From an uncultured bacterium (GTDB lineage: Bacteria > Acidobacteriota > HRBIN11 > JAKEFK01): a stretch of DNA of 64,000 bases. A program made the position numbers and the translations under genes. Below the pieces are notes generated by a model that saw only the letters and a list, made by a program, of their open reading frames with translations, was not told the origin of the DNA and did not search any database. Positions 31,228-40,964 of the stretch are shown one piece after another. The stretch spans positions 288,001 to 352,000 of the forward strand of contig CAVZQN010000008.1 of assembly GCA_963777505.1 (NCBI GenBank). Direction: 5' to 3'. Each line of letters begins with the position of its first letter. Position 1 is the stretch's first letter.

Positions 31228-32212
31228 ACAAACTGCAATCGTAGGTGCTGGAAGCTGGGGCACTGCCCTCGCGATTCACGCAGCCAGGTGCAGCCACGAC
31301 GTAAAATTATGGGTTCATAGCGAGGACACGCTTAAAACCCTGACGGATAGACGAGAAAATGAAATCTATCTTCCAGGATTTCCACTGCCTGAAAACGTTA
31401 CCACAACGTCAGATAAATCCTGCGTTTCAAACGCAGATTACGTAATTTTTGCTGTCCCCTCAATCCATTTTCGGGAGACGTTCAAAAATATCCTCCCTTA
31501 CTTGCGCGACGGATCTATTCTTATTAGTTCCATTAAAGGGATGGAACCCGATAGCAGTATGCGCATTTCCGAAATTGTAAAAGAAATATCAGGAGAGCGA
31601 TTTGTTTATTCAGTTCTATCAGGTCCTAGTTTTGCGAAAGAAGTAGCAGAACAAAATCCGACTGCCGTAGTAATCGGTAGTGATCACAAAGAAATAGGAA
31701 AAGAAATTCAAAATAATTTTAAATCGTCCTATTTCAGACTTTATTACAACCCTGATGTTCTTGGGATCGAAATCGGCGGAAGTGTGAAAAATATTATTGC
31801 GATTGCTGGTGGCGTTGTCAGCGGTCTGGGCTATGGCTACAATACTCTATCCGGTTTGATTACCAGAGGACTTACCGAAGTCAACAGGCTTGCCGTGAAC
31901 CTTGGAGCAAATCAATCTACATTAATGGGATTGGCAGGACTCGGCGATTTAGTTCTAACATGCACCGGTCACTTAAGCAGGAACAGGCAAGTTGGCGTCG
32001 AGCTTGGACAGGGTAAGAAGATTGATGAGATCACGCGGAATATGAGAATGGTTGCAGAAGGAGTGCGTACTTCACAAGGAATTTATAAGCTTGCTCGCAA
32101 GCAGAATGTGAATATGCCGATTACCGAACAAGTGTACAAAGTTCTGTATGAAAATCATGATCCGCGAACGGCAATTCTCGAACTTATGTCCCGCGAACCC
32201 AAAGAAGAATAA
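31220..32212 (+). CDS. gpsA: NAD(P)H-dependent glycerol-3-phosphate dehydrogenase
   Basis: GAGSWGTALA, LSGPSFAKE, GLAGLGDLVLTC..SRN. Confidence 0.96.
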   Translation: MPKQTAIVGAGSWGTALAIHAARCSHDVKLWVHSEDTLKTLTDRRENEIYLPGFPLPENVTTTSDKSCVSNADYVIFAVPSIHFRETFKNILPYLRDGSILISSIKGMEPDSSMRISEIVKEISGERFVYSVLSGPSFAKEVAEQNPTAVVIGSDHKEIGKEIQNNFKSSYFRLYYNPDVLGIEIGGSVKNIIAIAGGVVSGLGYGYNTLSGLITRGLTEVNRLAVNLGANQSTLMGLAGLGDLVLTCTGHLSRNRQVGVELGQGKKIDEITRNMRMVAEGVRTSQGIYKLARKQNVNMPITEQVYKVLYENHDPRTAILELMSREPKEE

Positions 32213-32236
32213 ACAGTGGTGCATTAAGGAGTATAG

Positions 32237-33424
32237 ATGAGCAATTCGCAACAATTTCCATTGCGTGAAATACAAGGAGCACTCGGTTCTGAAAAAGTTG
32301 ATGGATGGCTTCTTTATGATTTTCGCGGCAGTAATGCGATAGCACGCAGCATCGCAAAAGTTGCTGATCTTATTACAACAAGGCGATGGTACTACTTCAT
32401 TCCAACACAGGGAGACCCTGTTCGGATTGTTCATGCGATCGAAGCTACGAATCTGGATCATTTACCTGGGGAAAAAATTGTATTCCGATCCTGGGAGAAC
32501 CTTCGGGCCGCACTTCCAGAAGCACTCAAAGGTATTAAAAAGATTGCAATGGAATACTCTCCTGAAAATGATATTCCATATATTTCGCTGGTCGATGCAG
32601 GAACGATCGAATTAGTTCGATCCGCTGGAGTTGAAATTGTATCAAGCGGTGATCTCGTTCAAATGTTCGAAGCCCGATGGAGCGATGAGCAACGTGATTC
32701 ACATTTTGAAGCTGCACGTCTTGTGGACTTAGTGAAGAATAAAGGGTTTGAATTTATTGGAGATAATCTTCGCGCGAACAAATCAATCGGAGAATACGAC
32801 GTTCAACAATATATGTGGGACCTTTTTAAGAAAAATGACCTGATTGCCGATCATCCAATGATTGTTGCCGTAAATGCAAATGCATCAAATCCACACTATG
32901 CACCCGATGAAAGTCATACTTCACCGATTAAAAAAGGAGATCTGGTTTTGATCGATATATGGGCGAAACAAAATAAATCAGGTTCAATCTATGGCGATAT
33001 TACCTGGATGGGATATGCAGGAAATGAGGTTCCTGCACGAATGAAGGAAGTTTTTGATATTGTAAAAGGCGCTCAACAAGCCTCTTTCAACTTGATCAAA
33101 TCCGATTTTAGCGAGGGAAAAACAACCTACGGATGGCAAGCTGATGATGCGGCGAGAAATCATATCGCGTCGCGCGGTTATGGAGAATATTATTTGCATA
33201 GAACTGGACACAACATTGGGCAGCAAGTACACGGAAATGGAGCAAACCTTGATAATCTTGAAACGCGAGACCGTCGAAAATTGATTACTGGGACAGGATT
33301 TTCAATTGAACCAGGAATTTATCTTCCTGAATTTGGGGTACGCAGCGAAATTGATGTTTACATCGGTGAAAATGGGCCGGTCATTACATCACCCCATCAA
33401 ACTGAAATTCTTACGCTTCTTTAG
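32237..33424 (+). CDS. M24 family metallopeptidase (Xaa-Pro peptidase-like)
   Basis: NPHY, LIDIW, YGDITW, HRTGHNIG, SIEPGIY, GVRSE. Confidence 0.9.
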   Translation: MSNSQQFPLREIQGALGSEKVDGWLLYDFRGSNAIARSIAKVADLITTRRWYYFIPTQGDPVRIVHAIEATNLDHLPGEKIVFRSWENLRAALPEALKGIKKIAMEYSPENDIPYISLVDAGTIELVRSAGVEIVSSGDLVQMFEARWSDEQRDSHFEAARLVDLVKNKGFEFIGDNLRANKSIGEYDVQQYMWDLFKKNDLIADHPMIVAVNANASNPHYAPDESHTSPIKKGDLVLIDIWAKQNKSGSIYGDITWMGYAGNEVPARMKEVFDIVKGAQQASFNLIKSDFSEGKTTYGWQADDAARNHIASRGYGEYYLHRTGHNIGQQVHGNGANLDNLETRDRRKLITGTGFSIEPGIYLPEFGVRSEIDVYIGENGPVITSPHQTEILTLL

Positions 33425-33432
33425 ATTGCAAC

Positions 33433-34476
33433 ATGGGACCTGAATCAACTCTTACATGGATCATTTTCAATATTTTTGTGCTGATCATGCTGGCGATCGA
33501 TCTCTTTCTTCATCGAAGAGATCATACAGTCGGAATGAAGGAAGCGTTGGTATGGAGCGCAATCTGGACTGGCGTTGCCCTCGCGTTCAACGTTTTTGTG
33601 TATTACTGGTTAGGGAGTAAGGCGGCACTCGAATTCTTTACCGGTTATCTGATCGAGCGTTCACTGAGTGTCGATAATCTTTTTGTATTCTTGCTGGTCT
33701 TTTCATATTTTTCAGTTCCATCGCAATATCAGCGCAAGGTTTTGTTTTGGGGGATTTTTGGCGCGCTTGTCATGCGGGCACTTTTCATCGCCGCCGGTTT
33801 GACTTTAATTCAAAATTTCAAATGGATTATCTACGTCTTCGGAGCTTTCCTTGTTTACACAGGCATCAAGATGGCTACGCACGATGAAAAAGAGATCCAT
33901 CCCGAAAAAAATGTGGTGATCAGACTTTTCCGCAAATTCATGCCAGTAACCGGCAATTATGTGGACGGTAAATTTTTCGTTAGAGACAAAGGACGCCTTT
34001 TTGCGACTCCTCTCTTTATTGTATTGCTGGTTGTGGAAACAACTGATGTCGTTTTTGCAGTGGACTCAATTCCTGCAATCCTGGCAATTACGCTGGATCC
34101 TTTCATTGTATACAGCTCGAATGTTTTTGCGATCCTGGGGTTAAGAGCGCTCTATTTTGCCATCGCAGGATTGATTCAACTCTTTCACCATCTCAACTAT
34201 GGTTTGTCAGTCATACTCGTATTCGTAGGCGTTAAAATGCTGGTCTCTTCTTTCTTTCACATCCCATCACTCATCGCACTGGGTGTGATTGCCCTTATTC
34301 TGATCGTCTCAATCATTGCATCCATCATCTGGCCTAAGCCACCCGATAAATTGCAAGCCGAAATAGATGCTGCAAAACACACAATGGATTCGGATGATCT
34401 TCCATTGGTTAAGAAAGTTTTAGAGAAGGAAGAAGTTGCTGCAGTGTCAGATAAAGAAAAAATTCCGAAAGATTGA
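33433..34476 (+). CDS. TerC/Alx family membrane protein
   Basis: IERSLSVDNLFVF, ETTDVVFAVDSIPA, SNVFAILGLRALYF. Confidence 0.94.
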   Translation: MGPESTLTWIIFNIFVLIMLAIDLFLHRRDHTVGMKEALVWSAIWTGVALAFNVFVYYWLGSKAALEFFTGYLIERSLSVDNLFVFLLVFSYFSVPSQYQRKVLFWGIFGALVMRALFIAAGLTLIQNFKWIIYVFGAFLVYTGIKMATHDEKEIHPEKNVVIRLFRKFMPVTGNYVDGKFFVRDKGRLFATPLFIVLLVVETTDVVFAVDSIPAILAITLDPFIVYSSNVFAILGLRALYFAIAGLIQLFHHLNYGLSVILVFVGVKMLVSSFFHIPSLIALGVIALILIVSIIASIIWPKPPDKLQAEIDAAKHTMDSDDLPLVKKVLEKEEVAAVSDKEKIPKD

Positions 34477-34477
34477 C

Positions 34478-35032
34478 TTAGGATCCTGCAGCTTTCATTC
34501 GAGAATTCGCTACAAGAAATAGCAGAAGAGCGATTGGTGTGAGAACCCCAACTTCAATCAAGATCGCGAGAACGTTATGCATGCTAAAGAGATCGGAAAA
34601 TTCCCCACGATGGATACTTAAGAAAACGTCAAACGGAGCAATGAAGTGCCGATCTGAAAATGGCCACATGAGAGGAATTCCATAAGGCCGGCTTCCATCC
34701 TCTGCAAAATAATCTAATAAAAGATGGCTCGTATAAGCGGCACCCAGAACTCCTGCTGTCCGTGCTGCATTCCGAAATTGTATGCTTTTCAGAATCACCC
34801 AGCACATAAGCGTAAAAGTAATTGCGAAGGGAATCGAGTGGCTGAAATAATGATGCCGCAAATATGGAGTTGTTGAAAAATACGCAACTACAAAATCGGC
34901 ATCTGCCAGAGTTCCGACAACGAAAGCGGTACCGATTGCGAGAGTCAATCTGCGTCCAGTCGAAATTATTGAAGGGTCAACGGCAAGCATCGCGGCAAAT
35001 GCGCCTATCGTGTGTCCAACGGGAGAAGGCAT
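34478..35032 (-). CDS. Membrane-bound metal-dependent hydrolase (YdjM-like)
   Basis: MPSPVGH, DAD, HHYFSHS, SHLLLD, GIPLMWP. Confidence 0.8.
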   Translation of the reverse strand: MPSPVGHTIGAFAAMLAVDPSIISTGRRLTLAIGTAFVVGTLADADFVVAYFSTTPYLRHHYFSHSIPFAITFTLMCWVILKSIQFRNAARTAGVLGAAYTSHLLLDYFAEDGSRPYGIPLMWPFSDRHFIAPFDVFLSIHRGEFSDLFSMHNVLAILIEVGVLTPIALLLFLVANSRMKAAGS

Positions 35033-35035
35033 TGA

Positions 35036-36682
35036 TTAAGACCTTAATTGTTGAAGAAATTCCTCGGCGGAAAGTGCATTCCCATTTAGAGCGCGTGAAA
35101 GTTCAACCAGTGGAGGAAGCCGGAAATTATGATTGCCGAAAAATAATTCACGCGGATGCCCTTCGGATACTACTTTACCAGCAGCAAGCAGAATCGCATG
35201 ATCGCAATAATCGCTAACCAGCTTTAACGCGTGTGTAACGATTAGAATTGTTGTGCCGCTTTGATTCAATTCACGCAATAAATTCATCAGAAACTTCTGT
35301 TGGCGATAATCAAGCCCTGTTGTAGGCTCATCCAGAATTAGAATGTCAGGACGGATGCTTAAGACAGAGGCCACGGCAACGCGCTGTCTTTCGCCTTTTG
35401 ACAATTGGAATGGATCATCTTCAACACGCTTTATAAGATCCATTGTTTCGATCGCGCTGTCGCTCGCTTGAGCAACTTCCTGTTCACTAAAACCGAACTG
35501 ACGAGGTCCAAACTCAATCTCGCGCCGCACAGTAGATTCAAAGATTTGATGATCCGGATTTTGAAATACGAGTCCCACTCGCCGCGAAAGTTCCTGACGA
35601 TTCCAAACGCGAACATCTTTTCCAAGAATGCGAACAGTTCCCTGCTGCGGCATCTGCAATCCATTTAGATGGCGTAACAGTGTCGACTTTCCACTTCCAT
35701 TTCTTCCTATAATTCCTGCAAATTCACCCTGGCGGATTTCCAGATTAATATTTTGAATCGCCTCATCTTGCTGTTCTTTGTATCTGAAACTCACACCTGT
35801 AATTTCAATCACAGGAGGATTTGTGCTTCGTTTCGGAACCGGTATTGGCTCAAGCCTATGTTGGGCAAATAATTTTGTGAGTTCCGGAACGGTTAATAAT
35901 GAGGGAGGTTGTTTCAGAGCTTTTTGCACCTGAATCGTCTCAATGGGCGCCAGTGAATTTTCTTCCATCAGTGTTGTGTTTGTCAGTAAATCTTGAGGCT
36001 TGCCTGATGCCTGGATCACGCCGTCACGAAGTAAGAAAAGTTGATCCGTTTTTTGAAATTGATCACTTTCATGATCAATGACGATTACTGTTTCAACCCA
36101 CTCCCGCAACCGTGGAACTGCCTGCAACACAAATTCACGGCTTTCAGGATCTAGGTCTGTCGTTGGTTCGTCAAGTACAAGAACTTTAGGACGGTACGCC
36201 ATCACTGAAGCGATTGCGAGTTTCTGTTTTTCACCACCTGAAAGGCTTAAAGGTTCACGATTCAGTAAATGGCTGATACCAAATTTTTCGGATAAATCAA
36301 TCATCCGCTGCCGCATTTCTTCGGGAGCAATTCCAAAATTTTCCAATCCAAACGAGAGCTCATGTCGTGAATCAGTTGAAAAAAGCTGCTGCTCAAAATC
36401 CTGAAACACCATCCCAATTTGTGGCGCTATAGAAGCAATTTTCTGCTTTTCAAGAATCTCACCTGCAATCCAACGTTTTCCTGAAAAAGGACCTTTGTAA
36501 AAAAGCGGAATAATGTTATTGAGAGTCCGTGCAAATGTGGATTTTCCGGCACCTGAAGGTCCTGCAATCACAACATACGAATGGTTTGGAACGGAAATTG
36601 AAAGACCCCGAAGAACTTCGGGGAGTCCTGCATCATATGCAAAGTGGAGATCTTCGCAGTGGACTGCTGAATCTTCGATCAT
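35036..36682 (-). CDS. ECF transporter fused double ATPase
   Basis: Two ABC cassettes: GPSGAGKST/LSGGEKQ/DEPT and GRNGSGKST/FQNPDHQIF/LSKGERQ/DEPT. Confidence 0.92.
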   Translation of the reverse strand: MIEDSAVHCEDLHFAYDAGLPEVLRGLSISVPNHSYVVIAGPSGAGKSTFARTLNNIIPLFYKGPFSGKRWIAGEILEKQKIASIAPQIGMVFQDFEQQLFSTDSRHELSFGLENFGIAPEEMRQRMIDLSEKFGISHLLNREPLSLSGGEKQKLAIASVMAYRPKVLVLDEPTTDLDPESREFVLQAVPRLREWVETVIVIDHESDQFQKTDQLFLLRDGVIQASGKPQDLLTNTTLMEENSLAPIETIQVQKALKQPPSLLTVPELTKLFAQHRLEPIPVPKRSTNPPVIEITGVSFRYKEQQDEAIQNINLEIRQGEFAGIIGRNGSGKSTLLRHLNGLQMPQQGTVRILGKDVRVWNRQELSRRVGLVFQNPDHQIFESTVRREIEFGPRQFGFSEQEVAQASDSAIETMDLIKRVEDDPFQLSKGERQRVAVASVLSIRPDILILDEPTTGLDYRQQKFLMNLLRELNQSGTTILIVTHALKLVSDYCDHAILLAAGKVVSEGHPRELFFGNHNFRLPPLVELSRALNGNALSAEEFLQQLRS

Positions 36683-37428
36683 TACAAAAGTATTAGCGAA
36701 GCAAGGATAATGAGCAACACTGCAATCGGTTCAAACAATTTTGATCCCGCAATGCCTCCGGCAAAACCTGGAAACATGATGCAGGCATACACTAAACCAA
36801 TTAAGACAAGCAAAAGGATCGATCCGATAATTCCAAATAAAGGCTTTGAAATTTGATCAGGTTCCAGTAACTGTTCGTAATTCAACTTCATTTGGCGGAT
36901 CCGTTTATCGAGTCGCCGGATCAATAAAGAAGCGAGAACCAACGACCAGAATGTGTTGTTGATTACTATAGTGTGTTCCACAAGATCGAATGGATATAAC
37001 CCTAGAAAATCAATACCAGATGCGACGATTGTTGCGCAGGCGGCACTCGCCACAAAAGAAGCAAAAATAAATATCGGAAACTTTTTTGCAGTGATGATAT
37101 CGCTGGAACTTGCACCAAAGCTGCGAATGATTCTGTAAGGGATATAACCATAAAGGAAATTTCCCGGCATTCCAAATAGACTTCCGGGTCCGATAGTTCC
37201 TCCAATTACATCACCAATGACATTTCCAAAGGCGCTTCCCCATGCAGCAACAGGACCAAAAAAAACACTGAACACAATTGGGATACACGCACCGGGACGT
37301 ATCTCAGTGATTCCAGGAATCACGGTAAGAAATTTAAACGAAGCTGACGTAACGGAATATAAAGCAGCACACAATCCGATCAAAACGATCATTCGTGTAC
37401 TTTGCCAGCAGCTCAGGAGTTCGCGCAT
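36682..37428 (-). CDS. ECF S component, QueT-like
   Basis: Polytopic; IPGITEIRPG, FGPVAAWGSAFGNVIGD, GNFLYG; abuts the ECF ATPase gene. Confidence 0.75.
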   Translation of the reverse strand: MRELLSCWQSTRMIVLIGLCAALYSVTSASFKFLTVIPGITEIRPGACIPIVFSVFFGPVAAWGSAFGNVIGDVIGGTIGPGSLFGMPGNFLYGYIPYRIIRSFGASSSDIITAKKFPIFIFASFVASAACATIVASGIDFLGLYPFDLVEHTIVINNTFWSLVLASLLIRRLDKRIRQMKLNYEQLLEPDQISKPLFGIIGSILLLVLIGLVYACIMFPGFAGGIAGSKLFEPIAVLLIILASLILL

Positions 37429-37469
37429 GAATTAATTTAGGAATTGAATGTGACGAAAAGGGGAGACGA

Positions 37470-38819
37470 TCACATTCCTAACAGTATTGGATCGCCGTTC
37501 GCTAGAGTTCGTACGAGTTCTTCGTAAAAATAATTTGTTGTTGAATGAATGTGTTCAGGAACTCTTTCTAAATACATCCTGCGGCTTCTTTCAATATCGT
37601 CTTTCAAGCGATCATATAAATCTCTATTCTCGCGCCCGGCAGAAACCTGGGCTTCATTATAGAGCTTGATTTCACTTACAAGAAGACGCGCGAACCGCTT
37701 AGCATCCTCATGTAACTTCTGATCTTCCGTTGAAACTGCTGGAATCATGAGAGGACTCGGCATGATTACAGTTGAACTTGATTCGGATGCCGTATCACGG
37801 TATGGATGTGTCAGCTGCAATGTTGGTGCAGCGTGTGATTCTGTTTCAGTTTCAGTCGTGTCCGAAAGATTCGATTCCTGAACGGGTTCTGGCGCTGAAG
37901 CAACAACGGCCGGAGGTGGCTCTGGTTCATCCATTGAAGCTGGTGCGGATTGTTGCTTCGGTGCAACTTTGGGTCGAACCGGTAAAAGATCGACTGTCAT
38001 ACCGGCTGACTTACATGCAAGCGTTAAAAGATTCGGAAGATCTGGCCTTTCGGACAAATCTTCATTGAGATCGGTATACAAAATTCCAGCGATCTTGCCG
38101 CGAACAATAATTGGAAATGCAAGCGCAGTCTTTGGAAAATCCCCGCCAAGTTGAAGATAGAGTTGCGAATTATCAGAATATTGTTCAGTATGGCCAAAGG
38201 CAGCTGCACCTGTTTGTACGGCTTCACGCAAAACATGATTCTGCGCAAGACCGATCGAAATCTGGCGGATTTTGTTAGCATCAAAATCAGCACCCAATCC
38301 AAATGCGGCCCACCCCGTTGCATTTTCACCTTTCACAACAAACAAAACTGCACGTGTAACCCAATCTGAAATGTGCTTCAAAAGCATATTGAGCACTTCA
38401 GACTGAGTGCCCGCAGTTTCCATCTTTTCAATCAGACGGCAAAGTGAATTCAAATCTGTATTTGCTTTTTTCGGCGGGGCCGGCAAATTCGAAACAATAT
38501 CCGAAATTAAAATTTCAAGCTGCTGTTGGAATGGCGAAATGTCAGAATGATACCAGGAGGTGATGTATTGATCGACCGCACTCGTAACCTGACCTCTCAT
38601 CCTGTCCTGGACTGAATTTAATTCCGCCTCAAGTGTTTCCCTTAAACGAGCTAATTCTTGTTGCACTTTTCCGCGCAAATCATCATCAATCGCAGAAAAT
38701 GAAGGCGAAAAGTTGGCCTTCAAACTCTCAGATTGCTGCTTAACCTCTTCTAGCTTTTGAATAATGAGGTTCCGATAGTCTTCAGATAATCGTTCTTTCA
38801 AGTACTCTGGAAAGCTCAT
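37470..38819 (-). CDS. Hypothetical protein: N-terminal coiled coil, central GAF-like domain, acidic/Pro-rich linker, helical C-terminal domain
   Basis: RAVLFVVKG...AFPIIVRGKIAGILYTD (GAF-like); HEDAKRFARLLVSEIKLYN...FYEELVRTLANGD; AAGGAGG RBS. Confidence 0.7.
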   Translation of the reverse strand: MSFPEYLKERLSEDYRNLIIQKLEEVKQQSESLKANFSPSFSAIDDDLRGKVQQELARLRETLEAELNSVQDRMRGQVTSAVDQYITSWYHSDISPFQQQLEILISDIVSNLPAPPKKANTDLNSLCRLIEKMETAGTQSEVLNMLLKHISDWVTRAVLFVVKGENATGWAAFGLGADFDANKIRQISIGLAQNHVLREAVQTGAAAFGHTEQYSDNSQLYLQLGGDFPKTALAFPIIVRGKIAGILYTDLNEDLSERPDLPNLLTLACKSAGMTVDLLPVRPKVAPKQQSAPASMDEPEPPPAVVASAPEPVQESNLSDTTETETESHAAPTLQLTHPYRDTASESSSTVIMPSPLMIPAVSTEDQKLHEDAKRFARLLVSEIKLYNEAQVSAGRENRDLYDRLKDDIERSRRMYLERVPEHIHSTTNYFYEELVRTLANGDPILLGM

Positions 38820-38919
38820 CAGACCTCCTTCAGTTTGATGGCAACTCTTCGCAACTTATTAGGCACAAACGAAAAAAGGCACAACCTACCCTCACCGGGT
38901 GATCGGCTATTGAAAACTC

Positions 38920-38948
38920 ATTATCCCGAATCAAATTTTCTTTGTCAA
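38920..38948 (-). promoter_or_regulatory. Sigma70-type promoter for the GAF-protein/ECF gene run
   Basis: TTGACA-17 nt-GATAAT on the minus strand. Confidence 0.65.
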
Positions 38949-38982
38949 TCGCCGTGAAAAATCACCTAAACCCTGATTTGGC

Positions 38983-39011
38983 TTGAACTTTGGGGCCATC
39001 ATCGTTATACT
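38983..39011 (+). promoter_or_regulatory. Sigma70-type promoter of ssrA
   Basis: TTGAAC-17 nt-TATACT, about 85 nt upstream of the tmRNA. Confidence 0.65.
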
Positions 39012-39094
39012 CATGAGGTACCATTTTGAGAACAGTTTTGTGCTTCCCACACTCAATATTGAAAGCAGAGATTGTACTGCTAAGACAAAGTTAT

Positions 39095-39444
39095 GGGGGC
39101 GAAACGGGCTCGACGGATGTTGAGAAGCATTGGCTGCGTACCGAGTTGGTCACACACTCGTTAAAGAAGTGGCAATAACACAACTGCAAATAACAACTTT
39201 GCACTGGCTGCTTAATTAAGTAGTCACGCTTCCTTAGTTTTTTCCTGCGGGATTAAGGCAGCGCCATTTAGCAGGATCGCGAGGTAACCTTGTTCCCGGT
39301 TATCTTGTTAAACTTTGGGGACTGGCCTGTTGGGATGCCTGCCTGTTGGCGGAACAACGGCGAGACTCAATAAACATGGCTATGTACGTAGATGTCAATG
39401 TGGAAAACTTTCGGACGCGGGTTCGACTCCCGCCGCCTCCACCA
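39095..39444 (+). ncRNA. ssrA: tmRNA (one-piece), tag peptide (A)ANNNFALAA
   Basis: 5' GGGGGCGAAACGGGCTCGAC; 3' GACGCGGGTTCGACTCCCGCCGCCTCCACCA; tag frame 39186-39215; 350 nt. Confidence 0.97.
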
Positions 39445-39447
39445 TAA

Positions 39448-40947
39448 CTTTCCTATTTTTTACACAATCCTACTCTGCCTGTTTTCTCTCTCGCTGCTGA
39501 TGCACAAGATGCAAAAATTACAATATTCGAAGGCGCTCAAAAAACTTTAGTACCACTTCAAAATATCGAAGGTTCACCGTATATCCGATTATCTGATTTC
39601 TATCAGCCCTTTGGGCTCGCTGTAAATCCTATTGCGGCCAATCAAAGCCTTTCAGTAACTGCAGGCGAACACAACATTATTCTTTCAGCAAATCGTGCTC
39701 TTGTTTCTCTTGATGGAAAACTGATTTCATTGAATCAGGCAGTTTACGTTGTACAGGGCGAGTGGTTTGTACCTCTCGATTTCATCTCTAAGGTAATCAA
39801 AAGCATCAGCGAAAAACGTGTACTATGGCTTGAAAGCAGCCGCTCTTTGATTCTAGGAGACGTTCTACCGAATCAAGTCATTTTGAAGTATTCGCTTGAA
39901 CAGGATTATTCACGAATTGTTTTGCAATCCGTGCGTCCCGTTGGCTACAAGTTAACATTTCAAAATCGCATGCTGACAATTACGCCTGAAAGTGATGATT
40001 TTGTTCCCGGTTTTCAGAATACTGACTTCGGCGATGGTGTACTGAAGAAACTTACAGTTTCCGGAAAAACAATCCAGTTAGAAGTAGATCAGGGTTATGG
40101 ATCTTACAAATCCTTTGAACTCGGTGAGCCGGCCCGGCTCGTTGTCGATTTCTTTAAAAAGGCTCCCGGTGAACCTGAACAAATTGAGACTGTCCCATCG
40201 AAACCTATCGAAACGCCCACACTTCTTCCATCTACAACAACTGAAAAACATGTCATCGTTCTTGATCCCGGTCATGGTGGTGAAGAAACTGGTGCTGTAG
40301 GTCCGAACGGAACCAATGAAAAAGATGTAGTTCTTGGAATTGCCCGCAAATTGAAATCGATCCTGGAGAATTCTGGTATACGCGTAATCCTGACAAGGGA
40401 TGGCGATCAACACATTACACTCGATGATCGAACGGCACTTGCGAACAACAACAAAGCAAATCTTTTTATAAGCATTCATGCAAACGCAACCTTACGAGGT
40501 TATGGAAAAGGAGCGGAAACATATTTTTTGTCCGCAAAGGCAACCGATGATGAAGCTAGAAATGTCGCCGCCGTAGAAAATAACGCTTTGGGCCTTGATC
40601 AAAATGTCTCCGGCGTTGGCGATGATCTGAAATTGATTCTATGGGATATGGCCCAAACAGAGTACCTTGCTGAAAGCAGTCAGCTTGCTGAATTGATTCA
40701 AAAAGAAATGAACGAAACGCTCGGTATCGCAAATCGCGGGATCAAACAAGCACCCTTCAGAGTATTAATGGGAGCTACGATGCCAGCTGTATTGGTGGAA
40801 ATTGGGTTTATCAATAACCCGGCAGAGGAGAAGATGATGCGAGAGAGCGAATATCAAATGAAAATTGCGCGTGCAATTTTCCGAAGCATAGAATCATTCA
40901 AGCAGACTCAAAATAGCCAGCCCGTGGCACTTCAATCGGGCAGATAG
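39448..40947 (+). CDS. N-acetylmuramoyl-L-alanine amidase (Amidase_3) with N-terminal accessory/AMIN-like domains; start unresolved
   Basis: LDPGHGG, EKDVVL, FISIHAN, PAVLVEIGF; frame is open from 39448, well upstream of the tracked TTG at 39730. Confidence 0.88.
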   Translation, partial: LSYFLHNPTLPVFSLAADAQDAKITIFEGAQKTLVPLQNIEGSPYIRLSDFYQPFGLAVNPIAANQSLSVTAGEHNIILSANRALVSLDGKLISLNQAVYVVQGEWFVPLDFISKVIKSISEKRVLWLESSRSLILGDVLPNQVILKYSLEQDYSRIVLQSVRPVGYKLTFQNRMLTITPESDDFVPGFQNTDFGDGVLKKLTVSGKTIQLEVDQGYGSYKSFELGEPARLVVDFFKKAPGEPEQIETVPSKPIETPTLLPSTTTEKHVIVLDPGHGGEETGAVGPNGTNEKDVVLGIARKLKSILENSGIRVILTRDGDQHITLDDRTALANNNKANLFISIHANATLRGYGKGAETYFLSAKATDDEARNVAAVENNALGLDQNVSGVGDDLKLILWDMAQTEYLAESSQLAELIQKEMNETLGIANRGIKQAPFRVLMGATMPAVLVEIGFINNPAEEKMMRESEYQMKIARAIFRSIESFKQTQNSQPVALQSGR

Positions 40948-40964
40948 CATCTTTAATACCTCCC

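Noticed and set aside
33425-33432. yybP-ykoY riboswitch expected before a TerC/Alx gene
   Set aside because: Only 8 nt separate it from the upstream gene.
39315-39500. 61-aa ORF overlapping ssrA
   Set aside because: Lies within tmRNA structure, with no RBS or protein features.
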